DNA of 64,000 nt. Source: Candidatus Omnitrophota bacterium. GTDB lineage: Bacteria; Omnitrophota; Gorgyraeia; Tantalellales; Tantalellaceae. The DNA is taken from positions 14,398 through 78,397 of the forward strand of contig JBAROK010000027.1 in assembly GCA_049642065.1 (NCBI GenBank), in the 5' to 3' direction. A program made the translations under genes and the position numbers. Positions 47,654 through 57,256 of this stretch are shown piece after piece. Each line of letters opens with the position of its first letter. Position 1 is the stretch's first letter. The notes beneath the pieces were generated by a model, which saw only the letters and a list, made by a program, of their open reading frames with translations, was not told the DNA's origin and made no database searches.

Positions 47654-48118
47654 TTACCCTTTCAATTGTCTCTTTTTCTCATTAAGGATCGTTTTTAATT
47701 CTTCGATCGTCTTAAGAGTTTCAACACCTTCTATATCCCATGTCCCGAACCCGTATACCGGTATCCTGGCATTTAAAGCGAAGCCTATTTCTGACAGCGT
47801 ACCGTATTTACCGGGAAGTGCTACCACCATATCCGGAGTCCCGGCCACCAACGTGTTCCTAGAATACCCCATACCTGTCGCAATAGCAATATCAACGTAC
47901 GCGTTCGCAGCCTCTTTATCTTCTCCAGGGATTATCCCAACAGTAAGACCATTGGATTTTTTAGCGCCCCTGCAAGCAGCTTCCATTATACCGGCCAACC
48001 CTCCGCAAATCAGAACAGCACCTTCTTCGGCTACTACAGAACCTATATCTTCAGCCAGTTTAGCGGCACTATCATCGCATTCATGCCCACCTATAACAGA
48101 AACCAGAAATTTCCTCAT
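47654..48118 (-). CDS. TIGR00725 / SLOG (LOG-like Rossmann) family protein
   Basis: SVIGGHEC...LICGGLAGIMEAACRGA...GIIPG pattern. Confidence 0.6.
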   Translation of the reverse strand: MRKFLVSVIGGHECDDSAAKLAEDIGSVVAEEGAVLICGGLAGIMEAACRGAKKSNGLTVGIIPGEDKEAANAYVDIAIATGMGYSRNTLVAGTPDMVVALPGKYGTLSEIGFALNARIPVYGFGTWDIEGVETLKTIEELKTILNEKKRQLKG

Positions 48119-48134
48119 TCTTATAGCTCCCTTT

Positions 48135-48941
48135 TTATATGCCGTTTTTCCTTAAAAAGTTGTCCACCCCTGCTATGAATTCTGCTTCGTAATCGAACAC
48201 AGCTTCATTATGCCCTCCACGCATAGCATGGAATTCTTTAGGTTGAGCAGCGTTCTCAAAAAGCTTTTCTCCATGTGTAAAGGGAACGATCTCATCTTCT
48301 GTGCTATGAATTATAAGTTTCGGGATGTGTATACTATCGACCTTTGAATAAGCGTCAAATTCCTGGGTAATGAACAGTTTTGCAGGCAAAAAAGGATATA
48401 TCTCTTTAGCCATATCTCGAGTAGAAGTAAAAGCACTGTTTGTGATCAAAAGCTTCGGTTCGGTATTTGAGGCAAGATCTACCGCCACCGCCCCACCGAT
48501 AGACTGACCATATACAATAATCGCATTTTTATCTATATCTTCTCGGTTTATAAGATAATTATAAGCCCCACCAGCATCGAGATACATCCCCTTCTCCGAA
48601 GGCCGCCCATGGCTTTTGCCATAACCACGGTAATCAAATATGAACACGTTCAGTCCCATATCGTGGAATATCCTGATAATATGCAGGCGATGGCTTATAT
48701 TTCCAGCATTTCCATGACATATCAGTATTGTACCTCTTGCTGATCCGCTAGCTGGAATAAACCAGGCGTTCAAATCGGTTCCGTCCGATGCCTTAAAAGT
48801 AACGTCCTCGTAAACCAACCCTATCGAATCCGGTGTAGCATCAATATGCCTGGACGGGAAAAATATATTGTTTTTTTCAAACCATCTCAAATAAAGAAAA
48901 AGTAACGCGATTATCGCAATGATAATAATTATGTAATTCAT
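48135..48941 (-). CDS. Alpha/beta-hydrolase (membrane-anchored) with GxSxG nucleophile elbow
   Basis: N-terminal TM helix (MNYIIIIIAIIALLFLYL) and the GQSIGG motif. The start was set at the internal ATG so that the gene does not overlap the OsmC gene. Confidence 0.7.
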   Translation of the reverse strand: MNYIIIIIAIIALLFLYLRWFEKNNIFFPSRHIDATPDSIGLVYEDVTFKASDGTDLNAWFIPASGSARGTILICHGNAGNISHRLHIIRIFHDMGLNVFIFDYRGYGKSHGRPSEKGMYLDAGGAYNYLINREDIDKNAIIVYGQSIGGAVAVDLASNTEPKLLITNSAFTSTRDMAKEIYPFLPAKLFITQEFDAYSKVDSIHIPKLIIHSTEDEIVPFTHGEKLFENAAQPKEFHAMRGGHNEAVFDYEAEFIAGVDNFLRKNGI

Positions 48942-48996
48942 GGTTTTCCTGATTAATAATTGTATGTTTTCCACCCTTAAATCCAATAGACCGTAT

Positions 48997-49392
48997 TTAT
49001 TGTTCAATGATTTCGATTGGCATCTCAGGGCTCTCATGAAGAGTGTGGTGCAACACACATTGTTCCATAGCAGCTATAAGAGCTTTTTTTCTTGGACCCA
49101 ATTCAGCGTTAGGAACTGATACTGTGAAATTTATATTTTCTATTCTTTTTTTATCTTCAGAAAAAGCCGCCTGGATCTTCATTGCAAAGTCTTCGGGGTC
49201 CATTTTCGCGGTCTCCAAATATCTTACACCAAAAAGCGCCATACATGCACCCAAAGAAGCCACAAAAAGCTCTGATGCTGTAGGCGCGGAGTCATCGCCA
49301 CCCCCCCTTTGAGGTAAATCAGTTAAAATCTCATGGCCCCCGCTACTTACCTTGAAGCTTCTCTTGCCAGAATACTCTAAATTCATTTCCAT
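48997..49392 (-). CDS. OsmC/Ohr-family peroxiredoxin-like protein
   Basis: 131 aa with the conserved OsmC Cys pair (…ASLGACMA… and a C-terminal Cys). Confidence 0.7.
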   Translation of the reverse strand: MEMNLEYSGKRSFKVSSGGHEILTDLPQRGGGDDSAPTASELFVASLGACMALFGVRYLETAKMDPEDFAMKIQAAFSEDKKRIENINFTVSVPNAELGPRKKALIAAMEQCVLHHTLHESPEMPIEIIEQ

Positions 49393-49464
49393 AATCTCTT
49401 CACCCTTTCATTAACATACAACCAAGTTTTGCACTTACCCGTACGTTTATTATATAATAAAGCC

Positions 49465-50301
49465 ATGAACGCTCAAACATTCTTTTCAGTTATAATCCCG
49501 ACTTTTAACAGGAGGGGTTTCCTCAAAAAGGCCGTGGACTCAGTTCTCGGACAAACCTTCACTGGCTTTAAACTTATAATAGTTGATGACGGTTCTACTG
49601 ATGGTACGGGTGAACTCATCAAGAGCTATAACGACCCGCGGATAGAATATACCTATCAGGATAATACAGGGGTATCTTCCGCCCGCAATAAGGGCCTCAG
49701 TATGGCTACCGGGGGTTTTGTAGCTTTCCTCGATTCTGATGACTTCTGGGTTCCTGAAAAACTCGAGAAATCAGCTGAACATATACAACTTTTTCCCGAT
49801 ATAAGCATCTTTCATACCGAGGAAGTCTGGTACCGTGACGGAAAGCTCCTAAATCAGAAGAAAAAACACAAGAAACCTTCTGGATTTGTTTACACAAATG
49901 CTCTTCCTTTATGCTGCATAAGTATATCAACTGCGGTCATTAAAAAAGATGTGTTCGAATCAGTCGGTTCTTTCGATGAGGATATGGAAGCGTGTGAAGA
50001 TTATGATTTCTGGTTAAGGGCTACCCAGAAATACGAAGTAAAACTGATCCCTGAGGACCTCACCATAAAGGATGGCGGTAGGGCTGATCAGCTCTCTTCA
50101 AGCGTCTGGGGGCTTGATCGTTTCAGGATAAGATCTCTGGAAAAGATGCTTAATTCCGGTACGTTGGATCCTGAATATAGGAATGCTACGTTGAAAGAAC
50201 TGCGCGAAAAATGCCGTGTATTCGCGGAAGGATCCAGAAAACGCGGAAAATCCGAAATAGCGAAATATTATAAAGCCCTACCGGAGAAATATACTCCTTA
50301 A
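49465..50301 (+). CDS. Family 2 glycosyltransferase (GT-A)
   Basis: FSVIIPTFNR...IIVDDGSTDGT, the DSDD (DxD) motif, and a C-terminal region typical of GT2. Confidence 0.75.
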   Translation: MNAQTFFSVIIPTFNRRGFLKKAVDSVLGQTFTGFKLIIVDDGSTDGTGELIKSYNDPRIEYTYQDNTGVSSARNKGLSMATGGFVAFLDSDDFWVPEKLEKSAEHIQLFPDISIFHTEEVWYRDGKLLNQKKKHKKPSGFVYTNALPLCCISISTAVIKKDVFESVGSFDEDMEACEDYDFWLRATQKYEVKLIPEDLTIKDGGRADQLSSSVWGLDRFRIRSLEKMLNSGTLDPEYRNATLKELREKCRVFAEGSRKRGKSEIAKYYKALPEKYTP

Positions 50302-51377
50302 CCTTCTTTCGAGACTTTCAATGGCCCGGATCCAGGATTCCAATCAAGCGTCCTTATAGGATATGGTATCACTATCCCTTCTTCGTTATAACGCTTATGG
50401 AGGCGTTTGATGAACTCATGTTTTATTCTGTATCCATCAACGATTTCCCTTGCCCGCAGAACCACCGTAAAATCTATACTGAAATCGTTGAAAGTATGAT
50501 AACGAATAAAAGGTTCCCACTCAGCAACCCCGCCTTCTACTTCGTTGAGAGCATCCTTCGCTACTTCTATAGTTACTTTTTCGACCTGGTCAAGGTCAGA
50601 GTCATAGTGCACCCCTACCTGAAGTAGTATAGATATCTCAGTCTCCGGATAATAATAGTTAAGTACTTTTGAATTGACCAGAACATTATTGGGTATAATA
50701 ACAGTGTTGTTCGGAAGCATACGTATCCAAGTTGATCGCCAACCTATCTTCTGGACGTATCCTTTCTCTCCCGAATCCAGTTTGATGAACTGCCCTACCG
50801 ATATTGGTTTATCGATGACAAGCTGTATACCGGAAAAGAAGTTTTCAAGTGTCGGCTGAAGCGCAAGGGCTATCGCTAGTGAACCTATCCCCAACGAAGC
50901 AAGTATAGGTGTTATGGATATACCAAAACTGTCCAGGAGGATCAAAAGCCCTAATCCTATAACAATGCCTCTTACAACGATGCTTACGACACCCCTGGAA
51001 TCCCTAAGCGGTTTAATATAGTGAGCATAATAGTTAATAAATCCGGAGATAAGCCTGTCAAAGAATATTATGACAGCAAGGATAGTTGTGGCCTTAAATG
51101 TAACATCCACCCACTTGAGAAGATCACCTTCTAACCCAAGCTGAAAAATATTCTCAAGCACAAACATACCGCTTACAAAAATAAAAAGCGTAAGTGGAAG
51201 GTCCGAGGCATGGATTATGATATCGTCTATTTTCGTCTTAGTTTTATTCGTAAATTTTCTTACTGTAGTGAAAATTATTTTTTTGATGATCAAAAGTACG
51301 GTTACCCATACTAGAAAGAAAACTGGTATATATATCGAAGCGGATATATCCAATCCTAAGATATTAAGATCTGCCAT
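50298..51377 (-). CDS. Mechanosensitive ion channel, MscS family
   Basis: 3 TM helices, then the conserved MscS beta-domain (PISVGQFIKLDSGEKGYVQKIGWRSTWIRMLPNNTVIIPN). Confidence 0.8.
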   Translation of the reverse strand: MADLNILGLDISASIYIPVFFLVWVTVLLIIKKIIFTTVRKFTNKTKTKIDDIIIHASDLPLTLFIFVSGMFVLENIFQLGLEGDLLKWVDVTFKATTILAVIIFFDRLISGFINYYAHYIKPLRDSRGVVSIVVRGIVIGLGLLILLDSFGISITPILASLGIGSLAIALALQPTLENFFSGIQLVIDKPISVGQFIKLDSGEKGYVQKIGWRSTWIRMLPNNTVIIPNNVLVNSKVLNYYYPETEISILLQVGVHYDSDLDQVEKVTIEVAKDALNEVEGGVAEWEPFIRYHTFNDFSIDFTVVLRAREIVDGYRIKHEFIKRLHKRYNEEGIVIPYPIRTLDWNPGSGPLKVSKEG

Positions 51378-51440
51378 GTGTTTAATCCTTTACGGAAAAA
51401 AGGGCAAAGATAATTCTTTGCCCTCTCGCGTATATTACGT

Positions 51441-52424
51441 TTACGCTTTACCGGCGCTGCCAAGAACGTTCTCGTTCTTATGCTTATACATCTTGATAAG
51501 CTCTTCTCTAGCCGGACCTAGATATTTTCTTGGATCGAATTCTGACGGTTTTGTAGCTAAGACTTCACGTATTTTAGCAGTCATGGCTAGTCTTCCGTCT
51601 GAATCAATATTAATCTTACATACAGCTGACTCCGCTGCTTTTCTCAGCTGGTCTTCCGGCACGCCACATGCGTTTTCTAACTTACCGCCATATTTATTGA
51701 TCATGTCCACGTATTCTGGAACAACAGAACTTGCCCCATGAAGCACTATCGGGAAGCCCGGCAACCTTTTTTCTACTTCTTCGAGTATATCGAACCTGAG
51801 AGGTGGCACTTCTTCCCCTGGCCCAAGCTTAAATTTATAAGCGCCATGGGAGGTGCCAATGGATATGGCAAGGCTATCTACTCCAGTTTTTTCAACGAAC
51901 TCCTCGACCTCTTCCGGTTTGGTATAGTGTGATACTTCATGTTGCACATCGTCCTCTATGCCAGCGAGCACACCGAGCTCACCTTCCACCGAAACGCCAT
52001 GCTGATGAGCATACTCTACTACTTTCTTCGTAAGGGCAATATTATCCTCAAAAGAATGGGACGACCCGTCTATCATAACGGACGAAAAACCTGATTCTAC
52101 ACAAGATACGCAAAGTTCATAGGTGTCCCCATGATCAAGATGGAGCGCTACCGGTATTTTTGCGCCAGCAGCTTTTATGACCTCCATTGAACCCCAAGCT
52201 ATATACTTTAAAAGAACCTCGTTCGCATACTGTCTGGCTCCTGAAGAAACCTGCAAAATAACCGGAGACTTTGTCTCTATACAGGCCGTAATGATAGCCT
52301 GTATCTGCTCCATATTATTAAAATTGTAACCGGGAACAGCGTATTTACCGTCAATGGCCTTTACATACATATCTTTGGTAGGCGTTAACCCAAGATCTCT
52401 GTAGCTGTGTATAGTCTTTTCCAT
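51441..52424 (-). CDS. fba: Class II fructose-1,6-bisphosphate aldolase
   Basis: YAVPGYNFNNMEQ, an HLDHG Zn-binding site and the GTSHGAYKF motif. Confidence 0.9.
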   Translation of the reverse strand: MEKTIHSYRDLGLTPTKDMYVKAIDGKYAVPGYNFNNMEQIQAIITACIETKSPVILQVSSGARQYANEVLLKYIAWGSMEVIKAAGAKIPVALHLDHGDTYELCVSCVESGFSSVMIDGSSHSFEDNIALTKKVVEYAHQHGVSVEGELGVLAGIEDDVQHEVSHYTKPEEVEEFVEKTGVDSLAISIGTSHGAYKFKLGPGEEVPPLRFDILEEVEKRLPGFPIVLHGASSVVPEYVDMINKYGGKLENACGVPEDQLRKAAESAVCKINIDSDGRLAMTAKIREVLATKPSEFDPRKYLGPAREELIKMYKHKNENVLGSAGKA

Positions 52425-52619
52425 GTTGTCCTTTCCTTTCTTTTGTCGTTATGAACCGAACTGTCTTGTTTATAGTAAGTTAAGAAAATATTTTATCAAG
52501 TTTCCGCTACAATACAAGCTAAAAATGGGTGTAGACGCCTCTTTAGATAAATCAGCCGTCCAGTATCCAGCGATACACACATAACATCTTCAGGATAAAT
52601 AACTTATGGGAAGAGATTC

Positions 52620-52976
52620 CTAGCTGCCTGACCTTATCATAGTCAATATCATCTTGAACTTTTCTGGGGCTTTCAAGGAATGAGGCTTATCTGCCGGCAT
52701 TATGATCATTTGGCCCGCACTGATATTATACTGCTGGCTAGCTATATTTATCTCCGCATTACCGTCAATTACCTGCACCATCGCGTCGAAGGGTGCTGTA
52801 TGTTCGCTCAGACCCTGCCCTTCATCAAAGGCAAACAGTGTTACTGTGCCTTCCCCCTTGTCAATCAACGTTCTGCTAACCACAGCACCATCCTGATAAT
52901 CGATAAGCGCCTTTAAATCCAGTGTTTTAGATAAGAGCTCTTTTGCGCTACCGCCTGAATTCTTTATGTCCGACAT
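52620..52976 (-). CDS. Cupin-domain protein
   Basis: 118 aa with a small beta-barrel pattern (G.G..EHTAPFDAMVQVIDG...PADKPH). Confidence 0.5.
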   Translation of the reverse strand: MSDIKNSGGSAKELLSKTLDLKALIDYQDGAVVSRTLIDKGEGTVTLFAFDEGQGLSEHTAPFDAMVQVIDGNAEINIASQQYNISAGQMIIMPADKPHSLKAPEKFKMILTMIRSGS

Positions 52977-52989
52977 TTTTATTTCCTTC

Positions 52990-53421
52990 TCAGCTTTTCT
53001 TTTTTAAGTCAAAATTATGCCCGCTTTTCAGTAAGGACGCTATGGTCACTGATTTCATTTCACGGATAACGTTTCGTTCCATATCATCTATCTTCTTTTT
53101 AAGATAACAGGTTCTTATAAACGGACATGTTTTACCTTTGAAGAGATGCTCGCTAAGCTGGAAAGGTCCTTGGAATATTTCTACCAGGTCAAACACCGTC
53201 ACCCTTTCAGGCTTTACAGTCAGTGTGAATCCGCCGCCGCGTCCTTTATAAGATTTCAAGAGCCCTTTTTTATTCAGCTCTTGAAGTATCTTTCTTAAAA
53301 AAGGTCTTTGCATGGCAAGCTTATCGGTCAGGTCGCGTACGGAAAGCTCCGTTTTTTCCGAACCTGCGATACAACAAAGCGCCCGTATAGCGTAATCTGT
53401 ATCCCTTGTTATGAGCTTCAT
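52990..53421 (-). CDS. Rrf2-family transcriptional regulator (IscR/NsrR-like)
   Basis: MKLITRDTDYAIRALCCIA..., a winged helix, and a C-terminal Cys cluster compatible with Fe-S binding. Confidence 0.8.
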   Translation of the reverse strand: MKLITRDTDYAIRALCCIAGSEKTELSVRDLTDKLAMQRPFLRKILQELNKKGLLKSYKGRGGGFTLTVKPERVTVFDLVEIFQGPFQLSEHLFKGKTCPFIRTCYLKKKIDDMERNVIREMKSVTIASLLKSGHNFDLKKKS

Positions 53422-53445
53422 ATACCTGGCCTTCTATTCTTAGGG

Positions 53446-53874
53446 CTACCTGCGTCGCTTGCCGCCCACTTTATCTATCTCTCGGGAAACCATGCTCATG
53501 CTGCCATCTTCACCTATTTCAGCATAAAAGATAACCCTCATCTGCTCGCCGTTATCCAAGTCCCTGAATATGGCGCTTGAATAATAATATTCCTTTTCTT
53601 CGCCTTCAACCGTGACACTAGTTGTATTGATATCACTATTGAATTTCAAGATGTACAATCTCCTCATCTTATTTATACTGGGGTCATCTACAGCAACATA
53701 TCCTTTTGCTTTCTGTTCCGCAACAACCTGGTCCCTGATGAACTTCCGTACGTCCTGAGGCATAACACTTCCAGCTTCTTGGGGGTGATACAGCCGGTAA
53801 TCGATAGCAAACGCGCCTTTTAAGAACATCACTGCCATTATCGCGACGATTATAAAGAAAATTATCTTTCTCAT
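53446..53874 (-). CDS. Secreted hypothetical protein
   Basis: Signal peptide MRKIIFFIIVAIMAVMFLKGAFA. The start was placed at the internal ATG to avoid an overlap with ogg. Confidence 0.4.
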   Translation of the reverse strand: MRKIIFFIIVAIMAVMFLKGAFAIDYRLYHPQEAGSVMPQDVRKFIRDQVVAEQKAKGYVAVDDPSINKMRRLYILKFNSDINTTSVTVEGEEKEYYYSSAIFRDLDNGEQMRVIFYAEIGEDGSMSMVSREIDKVGGKRRR

Positions 53875-53887
53875 GTGTTTCCCTTCC

Positions 53888-54520
53888 CTATTTGAATATC
53901 TCACCGGTTTCAGATGACCAGAACAATAGGTCCAGCTCATCCATAGGGATACCGATTTTTTTCGCAAACCCTTTAAGTTTGTTTTCAAGCTCAAGATACA
54001 CGGATCTGGAAATATTCTTAGGAACGCTTTCTATAACCCCGTACCTAACCATATTCCTAAGTATATGCACGTCCAGTATCGCCAGATGCTGGCCAAACCC
54101 TATATTCCTCAAGAAATGGCTGGCTTCTTTATACCCTATTCCTTTTACGTTACGCACAAGCCAGTCGCGAGTGCCAGGTATATCGTTAGTATCAATTTTT
54201 TCCTTTATCCTGATAGAGCCGCCTGAATTGAAAAGGCCTCTCGTCTCGAAGATGTATTTCGCCTTGTTATTCGGGAAACGCACTGCCGTAAGACCCACTC
54301 TTATCTGGCTCCTAGTACCCTTAAAAAGAACACCCTTTTTTTCTAAACCGGAAACTGCCTTATCACAATATACTGCTTTGGATTGCGGGGTACATATACA
54401 GAAACAAAGCTCACTGAAAACTTTCTTATCCGGCTTCTCCCAAACCTTTTTAAATTCTTTAAGTCTTGCCTTTATTTTACGTTTTTTACGGCTGTGGTTT
54501 TCAGTCAATTCTCGCATCAT
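53888..54520 (-). CDS. ogg: N-glycosylase/DNA lyase, Ogg-type 8-oxoguanine DNA glycosylase (HhH-GPD)
   Basis: HhH motif with catalytic Lys (VKGIGYKEASHFLRNIG) and a downstream Asp. The ~210-aa length matches Thermotoga-type Ogg. Confidence 0.7.
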   Translation of the reverse strand: MMRELTENHSRKKRKIKARLKEFKKVWEKPDKKVFSELCFCICTPQSKAVYCDKAVSGLEKKGVLFKGTRSQIRVGLTAVRFPNNKAKYIFETRGLFNSGGSIRIKEKIDTNDIPGTRDWLVRNVKGIGYKEASHFLRNIGFGQHLAILDVHILRNMVRYGVIESVPKNISRSVYLELENKLKGFAKKIGIPMDELDLLFWSSETGEIFK

Positions 54521-54705
54521 GACACATATTCGATGAGTTTCTTGGCAATATTAATGTGGCATTCCTCTTCATCTCTTATGGAAATAAGCTGTTTCTTTAT
54601 CTCTTCATCATCTACCTGTTCAATATAATGATCGTAGAAATGCTTGGCTCTCTCTTCATATCCCAAAATCTCTTTAAATTCTTTAAGTAGTATCTCAGTA
54701 TTCAT
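54517..54705 (-). CDS. Small hypothetical protein (possible ferritin-like helix pair)
   Basis: ORF with a plausible SD. Contains E..H-rich helices (EERAKHFYDHYIEQ...EECH). Confidence 0.3.
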   Translation of the reverse strand: MNTEILLKEFKEILGYEERAKHFYDHYIEQVDDEEIKKQLISIRDEEECHINIAKKLIEYVS

Positions 54706-54937
54706 CCCTGGAGTCCTTTTCAACTTTTAGCACCATGTTTTCAATTGTCTCTCTATGCCGGGACGAGTCACGATGAAGTTTTGCGAGCATTTTCTCGATC
54801 TCTTTGCGTCTGGACTCTTCCATCCCCTCTGTATTGGCAACAAGCGCTTTGGCAAAATTCGCAAAAACTGTTACCATGCCTTCTTCAACATATATCAGCT
54901 CATGCAATCCCGCAAGAAGCCTCTCTTTAGATATCAT
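54695..54937 (-). CDS. Small hypothetical protein (possible ferritin-like helix pair)
   Basis: 80-aa ORF ending 7 nt before the downstream small gene start, placed between trxB and ogg. Confidence 0.3.
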   Translation of the reverse strand: MISKERLLAGLHELIYVEEGMVTVFANFAKALVANTEGMEESRRKEIEKMLAKLHRDSSRHRETIENMVLKVEKDSRDEY

Positions 54938-54940
54938 GGA

Positions 54941-55864
54941 TCACCAATCCCCTTCTTCTGTCTTGGAAATATAAGCGAAAGTACCGAGAGCAGCTTTAGC
55001 TCCTTCGCCTGCCGCGATTATTATCTGTTTTTCAGGAACATCTGTAACGTCTCCAGCGGCAAAAATTCCAGGTATATTTGTTTGGTTATATGAATCAACT
55101 ATTATTTCTCCGCGCTCGTTTCTTTCCAGGGGTTCTGCGAATGAAGAGTTGGGAATAAGACCGATCTCAACGAATATACCCTGAACCGGGATCTCCCGCT
55201 CGCTACCGTCCTCGCTGATCTTTATCTTTTCTACAAAAACATCACCCTGGATTCCGGTCACCTGAGCGTTATTGATCACCGTAACGTTATCGCTTGCTGA
55301 AACTTTTTCGCGCATTATGGCGTCTCCTCCGAGTTCAGGAGTGATGTTTATAATGAATACTTTTCGGGCTATTTTCATAAGCTGAAGTGCTGCGTCAAGC
55401 GCCGAATTACCGCCACCTATAATGGCCACTTCCTTGCCAGCAAATAATGGGCCGTCACAAGTTGCACAATAAGTAAGTCCTTTATTCCTGAATTTGGCTT
55501 CGTCTCGGATATTGAGTTCTTTTGACCTTTTACCAGAAGCTATGATAACCGTTTTGGACCTGTATTCATCTTTTTCGGTGGAAACAACACATACATTACC
55601 GTCTATATCAATGTGGGTGGCTTTTTCGCCTTCCTTGACGGCAATGCCGTATTTCTTCATGTGTTCTTCGAACTTTGAGGATAACTCTACCCCCGTCACA
55701 AATTGATATCCGGTATAGTTCTCTATATCCCCACTCCATGCTGCTTGTCCCCCGATATCGTCAGTAATCACAAGAAGATCCATTTTCTTCCGGGCAGCAT
55801 ACACAGAAGCAGTAATCCCTGCCGGACCAGCACCTATTATGATAACATCATATAGTTTTCCCAT
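54941..55864 (-). CDS. trxB: Thioredoxin reductase
   Basis: FAD motif GAGPAG, redox-active CATCDG, and an NADPH motif GGGNSA. Confidence 0.9.
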   Translation of the reverse strand: MGKLYDVIIIGAGPAGITASVYAARKKMDLLVITDDIGGQAAWSGDIENYTGYQFVTGVELSSKFEEHMKKYGIAVKEGEKATHIDIDGNVCVVSTEKDEYRSKTVIIASGKRSKELNIRDEAKFRNKGLTYCATCDGPLFAGKEVAIIGGGNSALDAALQLMKIARKVFIINITPELGGDAIMREKVSASDNVTVINNAQVTGIQGDVFVEKIKISEDGSEREIPVQGIFVEIGLIPNSSFAEPLERNERGEIIVDSYNQTNIPGIFAAGDVTDVPEKQIIIAAGEGAKAALGTFAYISKTEEGDW

Positions 55865-55883
55865 TATTTGTCACTCATGGCTG

Positions 55884-56120
55884 TTAAAGTCCGAGAGCTG
55901 ATGATATCTTATCTTTATCAAAACCAACCACGATCTCGCCTTCAATATCAATAACGGGAACTCCCATCTGTCCGGATTTTTCAACCATCTCCTGGGCTTT
56001 CGCTTGGTCCGTCGAAACATCAATACTCTCGAACTCGATACTATTATCCTGGAGATATTGTTTAGCCTTCATACAGAACGGACAGGTCGGCGTGCTGTAA
56101 ACTACGACTTTTTTGCTCAT
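55884..56120 (-). CDS. Glutaredoxin-like protein (thioredoxin fold, CPFC active site; YruB/NrdH-like)
   Basis: 78 aa with the motif VYSTPTCPFCMKAK. Confidence 0.7.
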   Translation of the reverse strand: MSKKVVVYSTPTCPFCMKAKQYLQDNSIEFESIDVSTDQAKAQEMVEKSGQMGVPVIDIEGEIVVGFDKDKISSALGL

Positions 56121-56139
56121 GCGTTTCTCCTTTTACTGA

Positions 56140-56616
56140 TTACAGCTCTTTTTTGAACTCAGTCAGCTTTCTCAGATGTTCCTGCTCCTGATCAATAAGA
56201 TCTTGCAGAACTTTATGTTCCCGTTCGAGCACTACCTTCTTCATCCCTTCATAAAAGATGATAGAATCTTTTTCGAACTTTATGGCCAATTCTATTGCTT
56301 CCATATCGCTCTCCGTGCTCTGGGCAACATCTTTACCGGTATGTTCCTGAGTGAACACGTGTTCACTTGCCAATGCGTTCATATAAGCGAAATATTCGCC
56401 TGGATACGCATCAACCGGTTTATACTCATGTACGGAAGCCAGAATATTCTGGAACGCCGTTATGTGTTTTTCTTCTTCACCGGCTAGGTATTCGAATATC
56501 TTCTTAGCCTTAGGGTCTTTTGACCTAGCGGCTACTTCATTATAGAATTCCTTGCCGTTTTTCTCTATCTGGATACCGATTTCTACTATTTCGCTTCCTG
56601 CGAATACGTTTCCCAT
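56140..56616 (-). CDS. Rubrerythrin-family ferritin-like diiron protein lacking the rubredoxin domain (erythrin-like)
   Basis: Two ExxH motifs (GEEEKH, QEQEHL) in a four-helix-bundle-like sequence. A strong SD (AAGGAGG) precedes the chosen ATG. Confidence 0.6.
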   Translation of the reverse strand: MGNVFAGSEIVEIGIQIEKNGKEFYNEVAARSKDPKAKKIFEYLAGEEEKHITAFQNILASVHEYKPVDAYPGEYFAYMNALASEHVFTQEHTGKDVAQSTESDMEAIELAIKFEKDSIIFYEGMKKVVLEREHKVLQDLIDQEQEHLRKLTEFKKEL

Positions 56617-56655
56617 TTTGCCTCCTTCTCTAAACACAACTGACTATCTTCATCC

Positions 56656-57234
56656 TCAATAATTCTCGCAGAGCACCTCATAATACGCCTGCGGATGAGC
56701 ACATGCCGGACATTCTGCAGGAGCTTCAGCTCCCTCATGGACGTATCCACAATTACGGCATTTCCACTTGACCGGACTGTCTTTCCTGAAGACCTTACCG
56801 TTCTTTACATTGTCCAGCAACTTTATGTACCTTTTTTCATGTTCTATTTCAACTTCAGCTATTTCCCTGTACTGTTTCGCTATTTCAGGGAATCCTTCTT
56901 CGTCGGCTATTTTCGCCGCGGTGGGATACAAGACTTCCCATTCTTCATGCTCTCCACCGGCAGCTGCGGCAAGGTTCTCGGCTGTTGTACCTATAACGCC
57001 CGCAGGGTAGGATGCGGTTATTTCTGTCATACCCCCCTCCAGGAGTTTAAAAAACCTTTTGGCGTGTTCTTTTTCATTCTCGGCCGTTTCCAGAAATATC
57101 CCCTCAATCTGCATGTAGCCTTCCTTCTTTGCAACCCCTGCGAAATAAGTATAACGATTCCTCGCCTGTGACTCACCCGCAAATGAAGCAAGAAGATTTT
57201 TTTCTGTCTGTGTTCCTTTTACACTCTTAGCCAT
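56656..57234 (-). CDS. rbr: Rubrerythrin
   Basis: N-terminal diiron ferritin-like domain (LLASFAGESQARNRYTYFA) plus a C-terminal rubredoxin-like CxxC...CxxC (CRNCGY...CPACAHP). Confidence 0.9.
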   Translation of the reverse strand: MAKSVKGTQTEKNLLASFAGESQARNRYTYFAGVAKKEGYMQIEGIFLETAENEKEHAKRFFKLLEGGMTEITASYPAGVIGTTAENLAAAAGGEHEEWEVLYPTAAKIADEEGFPEIAKQYREIAEVEIEHEKRYIKLLDNVKNGKVFRKDSPVKWKCRNCGYVHEGAEAPAECPACAHPQAYYEVLCENY

Positions 57235-57256
57235 GTCTTTCTCCTTTCAGTTATTA

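Noticed and set aside
48135-49058. Long form of the alpha/beta-hydrolase ORF overlapping the OsmC gene by ~60 nt
   Set aside because: The internal ATG at 48941 begins a typical N-terminal TM anchor and removes the overlap. The upstream extension (MCCTTLFMRALRC...) looks non-native.
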